From: Octopus vulgaris
Lineage: Eukaryota
Assembly: GCA_951406725.2 (NCBI GenBank)
Contig: OX597832.1
Location: 61,876,001 to 61,940,000 of the forward strand
DNA length: 64,000 bases
Reading direction: 5' to 3'
The translations under genes and the position numbers were made by a program. The notes under the pieces were generated by a model, which ran no database searches, had not been told where the DNA came from, and saw nothing but the letters and a program-made list of their open reading frames with translations. Position 1 is the stretch's first letter; each line of letters starts with the position of its first letter. Shown piece by piece: positions 12,683 through 26,055 of this stretch.

Positions 12683-13009
12683 ACATACACTGAAATAACC
12701 TGAAAATCTCTGATGTTTTATTTGCCTGAGGTTAAGCGCAAACACAGAAGTTGTTCAACTTTCTGGTTGGGGGTTCGCTGCATCATTCTGTGACGTGGTT
12801 TAAGGGTATGTTCCAGATAGACAGGTGGTCCTGTTAATTAGAACCGTATTGTTGTTTCATACAAATAAATGCAGCTTCCATACGTGTTCTCAGATGCGAA
12901 AGATTTGACGTTGTTTTTTTTTTGTGTTGTCGTTGCTGATGTTTTTTCTTCTACTTTTTTTTTTGCAATCCTTATTTTATCAAAAACTCTCTCTCTCTCT
13001 TGCGATCTT

Positions 13010-13074
<65 letters not shown>

Positions 13075-13417
13075 AACACACATACAAACACACACACACT
13101 CCATCTCTCTCTTTCTCTCTCAAACCAAGGTATACAGTAGAAAAGATTCTGATGGTAAAAGTTCTTTTATTTTTTATCATTTCTCCAGTAAGGGCTATTG
13201 TTATTTTATATAAGCACACATAAACACACACTAATATTTAAACATGCACACACACATATATATATATATAAATCTATATATAAATATACATATATATATG
13301 TAAATGTGTATTTATATACATACATATATATATGTATATGTATACATATTGATTGTATGCTGTGTGTCTGTATATATGTCTGTATATATACATATAGATA
13401 TGTACATAAATGTATGC

Positions 13418-13481
<64 letters not shown>

Positions 13482-13879
13482 TCGGGGTGAGTACTTGATA
13501 ATTATAAGCACCTGTGTATACCGTTTGGTGGTGTAATATATATATATGTATATGTATGAGTGTGTGTTGTATGCTTTGTGTCTGTGTGTATGTGTATATA
13601 TACATATAGATATGTACATAAATGTATGCATATATATATATGTATATATGTATGTGTGTGTGTTTGTAAATATATACGCACTCGTGCACACACATATACA
13701 CATACCCCCCACACACACACACATACACACTGACACACACGCACTCTCTCTCTCTCATACACACAAATATATTGCTTTTTCATCTTTTTTCCTGTGGTAA
13801 ATGTTTTTTCCTTAGAATTTTTCTTGAAGATTTTAACCTTCTTCTTACAACCATTAAGAAGAGCGAGACAGACAGAGAT

Positions 13880-13946
<67 letters not shown>

Positions 13947-14099
13947 GAGACAAAATGCGAGAAAACAGAGAGAGAGAGAGGGAGGAGCAGAGATAGATAG
14001 AAACTATGATAGTAAAGGAGAAAGGAGATAATGAGATAGATAAATAGAGAGCCCGAGAGAGAAGATATTTAGATAGTGGTAGAGAGAGACGAAGAGGGA

Positions 14100-16240
14100 T
14101 CTCTATTTGCTGTTTAGATTCTTTCTTTCTTTCTTTCTTCTTCTCTTCCTTTGTTTCTTTGTTTCTTACCATCTTTATATTTTATTTCAGTTTTTCTCTC
14201 CTTTCTTCTTTCATTCAGTTTTCTATCTTACGGTATTATCTCTTACTTTCCAGAGTTACGTTTCTATCACTTCTTTATTTCCCTCATTCGTTCCTTTATC
14301 CTTTCTAAATCTCTATAATTCTCTCCATCTCCCATTTTTTTTCATTCATTTCCATTCTAAAATTCTCTTTGTCATTCTTTCTATCCCATATTTCTCTTTT
14401 CCTTTCTTTGGTCCTTTCATAAATTCATTCATTCATCTCAATTTTCATTCATCATTTTAGTTGTTCATATTTTCCTTCAATAATTCATATTTTAGTTCAT
14501 TTGTCTTTCTGTTTTCTATCCTTCTTTCAGTTTTGTCTACTCTCTTTATTTTTATTTCAGTTTTCTATCTCTTCTGTTTTACTTCTTTATTTTCCCTTCT
14601 TTTTCTCTCATCTATCAATTTGTAATCTTTCTTTCTGTTTTTCTATTTTACTCCCAGGTCTCCTATCTTACATTTCACTCTTTCTGTATTTCTGATCTCT
14701 TGTTTTATATTTTTGCTTTTCTGTCGTCTGTTTCTGTCCTTTTCCTGTTTTTTTTTCTGTTTTATCCTCACGCTTTTCTTTCGTAGACTTCTGTTATCTA
14801 TAGTTTTCCTGTTTTTGCATTTCACCTTCATGCTTCCCTATCGTTGACATGCTGTTTATATTTCTAACTGTTTTCAATTTATATTTCTGTTGCCTTTCTT
14901 CAACTCTGTTTTTCCATTTTCCATACATGATTTTCCTTTATTCTTGCATTCCATGCTTCTGTCTTATTTTAATTACTCCTCTTCCGGTTTTCTGTTTTCT
15001 CGTCCTGTTTTTCTATTTCAATGTTTCCCTATGTGAGCATTGCTGTTTTTATTTCATTCCATTTTCTATTTTTGTTATTCTGTTTTCAATTCTACATTTA
15101 TGACTTATTTTTCTGTTTTTTTAGTATTCTATGTTTCTGTTTTAATGTCTCCTCTTCCGGTTTTATGTTTTCTCTTCCTGTTTTTCTATTTCATAGCTGT
15201 TTTTATTTCGTTCCGTTTTATATTTTCTTTTTTTGCATTTTCTCTTTTCAGTTCTACATTTACGACTTATTTTTCTGGTTCTTTTTTTTTTTTGTATTCT
15301 ATGTTTCTGTCTTAATGTCTCCTCTTCCGGTTTTCTGTTTTCCCTTCCTGTTTTACTATTTCAGCTCTTCCCTGTGTCAGCCTTGCTGTTTTTATCTCGT
15401 TCCGTTTTCTATTTTCTATTTTTGTATTTTCTGTTTTCATTTCTACATTTATGATTTATTTTCGTTTTTTTTTTTGTATTCTTTGTTTCCGTTTTCATGT
15501 CTGCTCTTCTCCTTTTCTGTTTTCATCACCTCTTTTCTATTTTATCTTCAGGCTCTCCTACGTTAGCATTGTATTTTTATTTCGTTCACCTTTCTATTTT
15601 CATTTTTGTATTTTCTGTTTTCAATCCTACATTTATCACTTTCTGTTTTCCTACCCTATGTTTCCGTTTTCATGTCTCCTCTTCCGGTTTTCTGTTTTCT
15701 CTTCCTATTTTTCCATTTTATTTTCATGTTTCTCCATATCCCCATCTATGCTTTCTGTTTTCCCTATTTCTTTCAGTTTTCCTATTTTCTATTTCTTTAT
15801 TCTTATTTAATCTGCCTTTTTCTTCAATTTATTCTTTATATCTTTGTCATTTTCAATATTATTATAGTACTTTGTTTTAATTTCTCATCTTTCTCCTTCA
15901 AATAATTTTGCTCTTTTCAAGCCCTTCTTTCTATTCTTCTACATTTCCTTTTCCTGCCTTATTTTGATGCTTTCTATGATATATGATATTTTGTACGTTT
16001 TCCTCTTTTCTGTTTTACCTCCTGATTTCCTGAAATTCTCATTTTCGAACTCATCTCTCAGCTTTCCTATATTTCTATGTTCTGTCTTACCTTTCTGCAT
16101 TTTTCTATATATGTCATTGTTTCTGCCTTTCTCACTTTCTTTTCTTCACTCTAACAGCCTCTCTTTCATATTTCCTTATATATCTCTTTTTGTCTTCATT
16201 CTTCCATTTTTTCACTTTATTTTATTTCTGTCGCTCGCAT
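14100..16240. repeat. About 2.1 kb T/C-rich low-complexity domain
   Basis: Strong pyrimidine strand bias on direct reading. Confidence 0.9.
14950..15730. repeat. Tandem repeat with a 170-182 bp unit, about 4.5 copies
   Basis: Anchor CTTCCGGTTTT at 14981, 15154, 15324 and 15681, degenerate at 15506. Confidence 0.85.
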
Positions 16241-16882
16241 ATCCAACCTTAAACAAATTACGAAACTATTCCTCGTCGATTCTTGCTTTAGAAATAAGTC
16301 ATTTAAACGTTTAAAATCATTCAATCGTTCGTCGAGAGAAATAAATTTCAGCGAGTTGATTTGCTGCAGTGTGTAAAAAAATGTAATCTTTTTGACATTG
16401 TTCAACTTCAGGTTGAATTTAAAATATAGAGACAGGCTAATTACATCCATCAAGACGAGAATACAAAATGGATGTGGTATAATACGGAGCAAAGAGGAAA
16501 GTAAGAAAGAGAAAATGTGAACAGTGTGGAATGCTCTATAATTAGTGATGTGGGTTATGAAGTGAAAAGGAGGACTTGTTATATACACGTGAGGTTCAGA
16601 TGCCGTGCTACTGCGGACATGCATTTTTGGTAATGTTGGCAAGTATGCTACGCGAAGAGCAGACCGCAGCTGGATGACTGTTAGCAATCATGAGTTCCTC
16701 CGCCTTTTAACCCTCTCGAGTGCTACTGGTAACACGTAACTCATCACAACTGTTACGTTTTCGGGTCATCGGCGACTAATCTGGCAACCCAGACAAGCTT
16801 GTTTGAAGATGAGCATGTATGTGTGTGTGTGGAGAGAGAGACAGATATAGATAGATAGAGAGACAAATAGATAGATAGATAG

Positions 16883-16917
<35 letters not shown>

Positions 16918-18327
16918 TATAGAGGGATTGATGTTGGACGGATGGATAGCTAGACAGATATATGTGTGTGCGTGTGTGCATATGTGTGTGTGTGAGTGAG
17001 TGTGCATGCATGGAGAGGATTTGGCTGCTATATCTAGTCCGTCAGCCGATCCCATGGTGCTACAATCATCGGCTCGTATCGTCGGACATGGTTATACGAA
17101 ATTTTTAAAAGACGTTGTCTTCAGACAACAGAATGGAAAAACGCATAAAACGCGTCTCTGAACCAATAAATATGCAAAACCCTTAAAAACGTGGCTTAGG
17201 TAATTTTGTTTTGATGTTGGAAAACAAAATTCAAATCAGATACATTTGTTTCTTTGTAAGAAAGGAAATATTTCTTCGTACCAAGAATACTAAGTACGCA
17301 AAAAGAAAGCGAAACACGCAAACATAGACACACATACACAGACACAAACACATACCCATACATATACACATACACACATATGCATATATACACATATAAA
17401 TATGTATGAATATATGTATGTATGTATGTATGTATGTGTATATATACACCGATATATACGTTTGCCTTATATTTTGTCCCGGATTCAACTGTTTGATTAC
17501 ACAATGGGACATGAAGAGGGAATAGAAGACGAATTGAAAAGTCTAGCTGTACAGTATGCGAACACACAATCACGCATACACATACTCAGACTCTCAATAA
17601 TACACACACATATGAATTGACCAGATAAGAGAAGTGAGAGAATAGATGCTCATTCCGTTTCTTGATAATAGTTACGTTACCTGTGTAAGTTACATGAGCA
17701 ACATCACCTCATCCACCACGCATATGTAAATAAATGCACACACACATACAAAAACATATACACAAACACACATATTGCTCTACATATAATTTGGCTGTAA
17801 TATAATTATCAAGTGCGTGTGTGCGTGTTTACGTATATACTGTATCAAAAATTCATAATTTCGAACCCCTCCCCAAGGTCATTTGGTTACATAAACACTA
17901 AAAGCGAAATTTGTTTTCCTTGTCCTCATGATGGGAAATATATTTTAGTCAATTGGACAGTTTCATATTGGCAATAACGATTGGATTTTGCTTCATTGCA
18001 AGAATTCTCATAATATGTAAGGTATTTTTCTCCTACATCCATCGCTTACACACAGCCTTCTCACACACACACGCTCTCACAATTTATCTCTCGCTCTTCT
18101 TCACCCAGTTCCCTTCACCCTTACCTACATCCCAGTCCATAAAGGCTTTTATAACAGCGATTACCACCTGAATGCGAGAGATGCGGTTCCATGGCTAAAA
18201 GGAGAAATGAAAATGATACAACTAAGGAAGGATTAGGGGCAACATTTATGGTTTAGACAGTGTTTTTATTCTCAGATAGCTGTTGCTGTATAAATGCATA
18301 TATACGCCCTCATACACCTTTACACAA

Positions 18328-18408
<81 letters not shown>

Positions 18409-18476
18409 CATATATACATATATACACACATGCACCCAGACATAGCTATGAATATTGATCAATAGAGATAGATGGA

Positions 18477-18510
<34 letters not shown>

Positions 18511-18531
18511 CGAGAGAAAGACAGAGAGACC

Positions 18532-18596
<65 letters not shown>

Positions 18597-19297
18597 GGAA
18601 AGAGAGGAAGAGAAAGAGAGAGACAGAGGGATGCAGTAGACAGACAGACTGAGACGAAGCAAATATTATAGAGCTTGTGTAGAAGATGATTGCATACAAT
18701 AAATAAATGATTATATAGTAAGACACACATATAAATAAATACGGAAACGTGTGGAAGGTACGGAAAAAGCTACATAGCTGTATGACTAAATAAGATAGAC
18801 GACTTGGTTAAATAGATAAATATATAGTTCGATATATTCGCTTAAATGAGTCAATAAGCACGTGAAAAAAAATACAAAAACAAACAATAAAGTAAGAAAA
18901 AGCAAAGTAAAAGTAACCACGTATTTATAACCTGATAAATGAGAATTGTGTGCGAATCAGTTTTAAGCAAAATGCTCAAACGGTGTTATCAAATTTAGCC
19001 TAAAAGTATCTGAAATAATTATCCGAAATTACAGAGTTTTTTCCTTTTTCCTTTTTTTTATTTTCGGTACACCAGGTCAAGACATCTAATACTGAAATAC
19101 TTCACAAACATCCAAATCTCAGTGAAGGTCAGAGGTTGTGAGCACTTATAGTGTATTTATAAACGGTGTTATTTTCTGGTTTTACTATGTTTAATGAAAG
19201 GGTATATATACACGAGTGTATGTTGTTATAGATTTTTACGCATTAGTTGCGATCCAGTTCGTTTCTATACAAACGGAAAGGGGAAAAATAGAAAATC

Positions 19298-19342
<45 letters not shown>

Positions 19343-20035
19343 GAAAGCAAAAACTAAACAATAATAACAGCCTCGTTTTGGAAGTGCATTTTCACAATGG
19401 CGTTTATGTTGCGTATATTAGTGTTATTAAATGAACACATAAGTAGACACGCACATACATACACACACACACACATTTATATACATACATACATATATAT
19501 TTTTATATATATCTATATCTATATATATATATACACATGTATGTATACATATATATGTATGTATACACATTAACATACATGTATGTATACAAATATACTC
19601 CACACACATATATAAGTATTTATGTATGTGTGTGTATGTATCTGTGTGCATGTATGTGCGCATATAATACTCAGCCTCTTGATTACGCTCTCCTTTGCAA
19701 ATTCCGCTTTGTGCTATCTGTCACCCCTCCTCCACCCAGACCCCAACCACCTCACCTAAAGCCTCCATTTTTATCCTTATAGAAGAATAAAAGCTAGCAC
19801 GACCTGCTAGGCCTAAAAAGCATTAGTTCCTTGGCCCCTAAATACATGCAACATTTTATATCTAATCCAGGTGATCCCGACTTCGATGCATTATGCGTTC
19901 CTTCCTTTTATACAAATATCTACAATAGTCGGCCACAAACGTATGAACAATGTGGTCTAGCATTGGGAAAACAATTTTTCCAGCCAATGAGGTACATCAG
20001 TAGTTCTCAACCGGGGTCCATGTGGGTCCATATAA

Positions 20036-20096
20036 ATACCTGTTGTCATCGGTGCATTAGGAATGGTAGCAAAAGGGGCTGATTCTTATCTAGCTC
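20036..20096 (+). mobile_element. R4/Dong-like non-LTR fragment
   Basis: Encodes IPVVIGALGMVAKGADSYLA, overlapping the start of the 20459 fragment (GADFYLAQIP). Confidence 0.75.
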
Positions 20097-20154
20097 GTTT
20101 TGGGAGCCCACACAAGAAAATAGTAAATTGGGGATCCACAATAGTGTCTTAAGA

Positions 20155-20303
20155 CAAATTTCCCGGAGACACCTGATGAAGGTTGGGGGGTATGTCAGCC
20201 AAAACGTTGTGTTAACAACAAACAAGATGAGGACAAATATTCGTCAAATGTAAATAATGTAAATAATGTAAATAATACCTCTTCTCTTACATTTAGAACT
20301 GTT
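20155..20303 (+). mobile_element. Penelope-like terminal fragment with decayed hammerhead
   Basis: ACAC-CTGATGA-A-GGTTG..CAGCC-AAAAC-GTT-GTGT at 20169-20212. Confidence 0.6.
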
Positions 20304-20458
20304 GTGTTTTAAGACCCCCTGAAAAAAAATTGTATGTGTTAGTATGGATTGCAAGAAAGAGCTAAGTTTCTTCCTCTAACATTTTACATAGATCAACCTA
20401 CACAAATTAAAATGTGAAAAACAAAATGGGAATTTTGAAAGAAGTTTCTACAAAACCA

Positions 20459-20758
20459 GGGGCTGATTTTTACCTAGCTCAGATACCAAGAAACCCCAAA
20501 GTGGCAGACATTCAAAAGATAGTGTTCATGGGAACTGCCCATATCCTACGCAAAATACTGTCTATGTAATCTCAAATTTTAAAACAAACTCATAATTTTC
20601 TTATGATTTCTTAAACATTCTCTAGAACAACTCGATCTACAAAACCAAATAAATGGCACCCTAAGTTTAACACTAACTTGAACTTCTAACATGTCTCTTG
20701 AGGTCTCTGGTTGAGACTTGGAGTCAACTTGTACAAATATAAAGCAAAAGTCAAACAT
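20459..20758 (+). mobile_element. R4/Dong-like non-LTR 3' end, copy 1, followed by (TAA)n
   Basis: GADFYLAQIPRNPKVADIQKIVFMGTAHILRKILSM-stop, the QK..GTAHILRK C-terminus typical of R4/Dong; 3' UTR runs into a TAA array. Confidence 0.8.
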
Positions 20759-20759
<1 letters not shown>

Positions 20760-20827
<68 letters not shown>

Positions 20828-20853
20828 TTAATAACAAAAATAACAAAAATAAA

Positions 20854-20943
<90 letters not shown>

Positions 20944-20986
20944 GATGATGATGATGATGATGATGATAATAATAATAATAATAATG

Positions 20987-21042
<56 letters not shown>

Positions 21043-21112
21043 AATATTAATAATATTAATAATAACAATAAAAATAAAAATAATAATAATAATAATATTA
21101 ATAATAATAAAA

Positions 21113-21147
<35 letters not shown>

Positions 21148-21168
21148 TAATAATAAAAATAATAATAA

Positions 21169-21253
<85 letters not shown>
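20760..21253. repeat. Degenerate (TAA)/(TGA)n array
   Basis: Direct reading. Confidence 0.97.
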
Positions 21254-21254
<1 letters not shown>

Positions 21255-21568
21255 GCTCAGATACCTAACTCAGATACCAGGAAACCCCAAAATGGCAGAA
21301 ATTCAAAGGGTAGTGCTCATGGGAACTGCTCATATCCTACGCAAAATACTTTCTATGTAATCTCAAAGTTTAAAACAAACATAATTTCCGGTTTTTAAAA
21401 AAAAAAATTTTTTTTTTTAGACATTCATTAGTACAACACCAAAAGCTCCCCCCAAATATATGGCACACTAGGCATAACAACAACATGAACTTCCAACCTG
21501 TTGTCTCTTGAGGTCTCTGGGTGAGACTTGGAGCCAACTTGTACAAATATAAAGCAAAAGTTAAACAT
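21253..21568 (+). mobile_element. R4/Dong-like non-LTR 3' end, copy 2, flanked by (TAA)n
   Basis: QIPGNPKMAEIQRVVLMGTAHILRKILSM-stop; 3' UTR TGTCTCTTGAGGTCTCTGG..AAAGCAAAAGTTAAACAT shared with copy 1. Confidence 0.82.
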
Positions 21569-21570
21569 AG

Positions 21571-21974
<404 letters not shown>

Positions 21975-22514
21975 CCAGGCAGTGGCTCTCATGGCTTCTG
22001 ATCTTAACTGATTGAAAGTGTTATCATGTACATTGTTTTGTCTTGGTATAAAAGATGGGCTACAGCAAATATTCTGCTCAATAACACAGATTTGCTTGTC
22101 GGTTGTTCGACCGTAACCAGTTGAGCATGTCTCTTAGTGGCTGACAATATGTGCATCTCTGATCACGAGCGGAAGTAGTGGGGGAGCATCATAGCCATGT
22201 GTTGAGAGGGATTCTATGGAGTTTGAATAATTCACCTCTGGAAACATAGGTGTTTCGTTCAACATCCTTAAACAATCCTTATTCAAGGACCTTTTGAGCG
22301 GGATGGGTTACTTGACCAGAAGAAAATTCTAACTGGGCCCCACCTGCAAGGTCATGTGCTGTTTATATTCATATGAGATCACCATGTCGCACACATATGG
22401 TTGTGATGCATGTGCCTGGTGTACCCTTATCAGACGGGTAGTCATGATGGGTATACTGGGCTTCGTATATTTTACCCCAGTGTCACTTTGATGGCATGCG
22501 CTGCTCTCTCACTC
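21975..22514 (+). mobile_element. Probable 3' UTR fragment of a second TAA-associated non-LTR element
   Basis: Complex 540-bp island bounded by (TAA)n on both sides, ending CTCTCTCACTC-AATAATAAT; no recognisable ORF. Confidence 0.5.
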
Positions 22515-22640
22515 AATAATAATAATAATAATGATAATAATAATAATAATAATAATAATAAAGTATTCTACAAAAGTATAGTGAAACCCATGAAGTTAAT
22601 GTAAAATTGTTTCTATGAAAAATGAAGACAAAAACAAGAA

Positions 22641-22679
<39 letters not shown>

Positions 22680-22685
<6 letters not shown>

Positions 22686-24120
22686 CAAAATAGGACAAGA
22701 ACGCAAAACATCCGGACAGTTAGGTGATACAAAAATGGGACAACAAAATATCCAGATAGATGATACAAAGAAAACAAGGACGGGCCATTCGAAGTTTTTT
22801 TTCTTTAGTCAAGCACCAGATTATCCTCGTAATTTCTGCTAATTTTACCTGTGTATACCACAGTATAGTACAGCACTATGTCGCAATTCACCCTGCCAGA
22901 AATTTGGAATCGGCATGCTGTGTTGCTTGGCAAATTTGTAAAACAGTCGAAGGCTTTCTCAAAAGTGAAGTCGAAATATGCACTGGCATTATAATACAAA
23001 ATAATTATAAGGTGTAAAGTTAAATTCAAATGTGGAAGTTATAACTTTCCGAAAGTCAAAACATTTTACCCATACGGTATTTTGCTGGTTGACATTTTAA
23101 TCAAATCATCCACACGTAATTCTTAAGAACCTAGTCGGTAATGTAGGAAAGCTAATATCACCAATTTCTTCAGATGAGACAGTATTTCAAAATGCCGCAC
23201 CGTATTATAATAATGCATTAAGTAAAAGTGGATTCTCAGAAAAAAGAATAATCAAGAATAATCAGAAAAATCAAGCTAATTCTAACAATAATTGACCACG
23301 TAGAATTAGAACTTGGAAAGTTTGGTAGTTTAACATCTCATTTAATTTTACCGTAAAAACTAATATATGTAGGGAATTCTTAAACTTAGCTTCTAGACAT
23401 TTTCAATCTAGCTATAAATTCTATAGAATTTTTAATAGGAGGACAGTGATTGTTAGTTATTCTTGTTGCAAAAACTTCGCCTCTTTTATTAGCCAGTATA
23501 ACACGAAAATTATTACAAACAACCACAGTGCCGAATCTTATTTGAGGAACTGCAACTTCAAAGATTGGAAGGTAAATGTCTTGAAAAGGAAATCGTTCAT
23601 AGAGCTAAAGTGCAGGTAGAAAACTCACAAGAATATAAAATTTACACAGGGGCTTCGGAAAATTCATTCAAGACTTGGTTTTATTCCAATCGAAATTATT
23701 TCCGATACCGCCAGAGTAGTACAGCAACTAGTATTGCAAAGCATGTCTGAGAATTGAAAGAGAATGACACCCATCCTTTCATTGTAACCTGGGAAATTCT
23801 AGAAAAAGCATCATCATACAGACATGGAGCTTATAAAAGACCCATGAAATGTAATCATTGCCTCTCAGAAAAGTTCTTCATCCTGTTCCAGGATAAACAT
23901 GTTTTGAACCAGAGACGCGAGCTCTAAAATTCTTGCAAGCACGCCGTCAGTTTAAATTGTCAACCGACAGTTTACCGTATAGGTAAAAATGTTTTGACTT
24001 ACGGAAATTTAGGACTGTTGTATATGAATTTGACTTTACAACTTATAATTATTTTGTATTATAATGCCAGTGCAAATTTCGACTTCACTTTTAAGAAAGC
24101 TTTCGACTGTTTTACACATT
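22680..24120 (+). mobile_element. Penelope-like element, 3' portion with inverted partial terminal repeat
   Basis: Decayed GIY-YIG region (GKCLEKEIVHRAKV..KIYTGASENSFK..WEILEKA..CNHCLSEK) and linker (RIFNRRTVIVSYSC); 22937-23100 is an inverted copy of 23952-24116. Confidence 0.85.
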
Positions 24121-24416
24121 TAAGCTTAAGCTTTGCAGAGGTTTATTTTTATTGCTCACTCACGCATTTAATTATGTTATATTAATTATTTCTTCATTTT
24201 AACATTTTAATATTATATATACCAGAAAGTTTTTTTTATGTTTGCATATATACATTATGATGTATATATTTATCTTGATGTGAAGATATGACTCCCTCTA
24301 TATATATACATGTGTAGGCATGTATGTATGTGTGTATGCATAGATATATATGTATATATATATGTGTATATATATATATGTATATATATATGTATATATA
24401 TACGTATAAGCATGTA

Positions 24417-24510
<94 letters not shown>

Positions 24511-25184
24511 AATTTTTATATGTATATTTATGTAGATATGCATGTCGTTTTATGTGTGCTTTCGCAACCTAAACGAAATATCTAACTTTTGTTAGATACT
24601 TATAGGAACGCCAGTCATTTTTCCCATTCTCTCTCATTTTCCGTTTATTTTCTTTTATTGCATTTTCTTCTTTTCTGTTGTAACAACTAAATTGTATAAG
24701 CATACACCTGGAGGTTTTATGGACGTGCGTGTGTGTGCGTGCTTATATATATATATGGATTTGTATATATTTATGCTTTGCTTATATAGGTCTGTATGTA
24801 TGTAACCATGTACCTATGCCTGTATGTGTAGTGTATATATGTATATTATAGATTACTTGGTATGTGTTTGTATTTCTAAATGTACATGTAGTTCAGCGTG
24901 AAAGGTTTTTGAACGGATATATATATCTTTTAAATTATTTCTACAACTAATTATTTACCTTAGGTATCCAGGCCTTTTTCCTTCTACATAAGCTATTTTT
25001 GATACGAGGTTTACTTCGATTTTTATAATATGATTTTAAACCGCAATTATTATTTCATGCTACCGGTTATTGTAAAGACCGTTAGTTGAAAGGACCAACG
25101 AAACAAAACCATTTTCGAAGGCGTGTCTATCAAAATAATTGGGGTTTTTTTCTGCATATGACTTCATCTTGCTCCATTCTAAAC

Positions 25185-25230
25185 AAAACTGTCCGATGAA
25201 CGGGAACGTGAAACTCTGAGTAACAGTTTT
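25185..25230 (+). ncRNA. Type I hammerhead ribozyme-like motif (CCGAUGA core)
   Basis: AAAACTGT-CCGATGA-ACG-GGAA-CGT-GAAA-CTC-T-GAG-TA-ACAGTTTT: 8-bp stem I, GNRA-capped stem II, GUA site. Confidence 0.8.
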
Positions 25231-25501
25231 TGTGATATTTTTGCTGCTTTTTAACAAAGCATATTACTCTACCTCTGGTATTTGAGTACTATTTTTCCCA
25301 CCTTGTTTTGCATTTATGTGCTTACTCTGGTGCATATATATATGGTTTATGAGAGGTAATGGTGTCATTGAGACCTGGTGGTGTCAGAAAGTGCTGACTA
25401 AGTGCTATAGATAGATCATAGTTAAGTTCCAGGTTCGGTGATTAGGCGAATAAGGGGTTCAACGTTGGTCATATGTCAGTGTGTGTATATAAAAAAAATT
25501 T

Positions 25502-25752
25502 ATGAGATAAAAACCAAGGCTGTGTAGATTTTAGAACATTTATAGATAGGTCTTACAGCTGTTTCCAGGATATTTATTATATCACTTCATTGGAGACGGT
25601 GTGAGAAGATGGTTAAGAACTATATTAACTATTTCTCCACCATCCTCTCACACTGTCTCCAATGAAGGGATATAATAAATATCCTTGAAACAGCTGTAAG
25701 ACCTATGTATAAATTTTCTAAAATCTTCACAGTCTTGGATTTTTAATCTCAT
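25502..25752. repeat. Fold-back inverted repeat (~112-bp arms) carrying paired hammerhead-like motifs
   Basis: 25502-25613 mirrors 25639-25752; GTCT-CCAATGA-AGGGATAT-AATAA-ATATCCTT-GAAAC-AGCT-GTA-AGAC at 25655-25702. Confidence 0.85.
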
Positions 25753-25780
25753 TACGAAAAAAAATTATATATATACATAC

Positions 25781-25848
<68 letters not shown>

Positions 25849-25947
25849 CTGGAAGCTTTATGAAAATAAACAAAAGACGAAGGCAGGTGGAATACAAACA
25901 AACAATTGTATTAGTATGGCGCTCACGAATATAAATAAAACAAGTCT

Positions 25948-26055
<108 letters not shown>

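Larger units (their letters stand above)
19998..20458 (+). mobile_element. hAT/Charlie-like non-autonomous element, interrupted twice
   Basis: Starts CAGTAGTTCTCAACCGGGGTCC (Charlie-type terminus) with subterminal GGGTCCA-like repeats; interrupted at 20036-20096 and about 20155-20303. Confidence 0.6.

Noticed and set aside
16560-16800. GC-richer stretch with a possible WMT pogo-like peptide
   Set aside because: Too short and degenerate to assign
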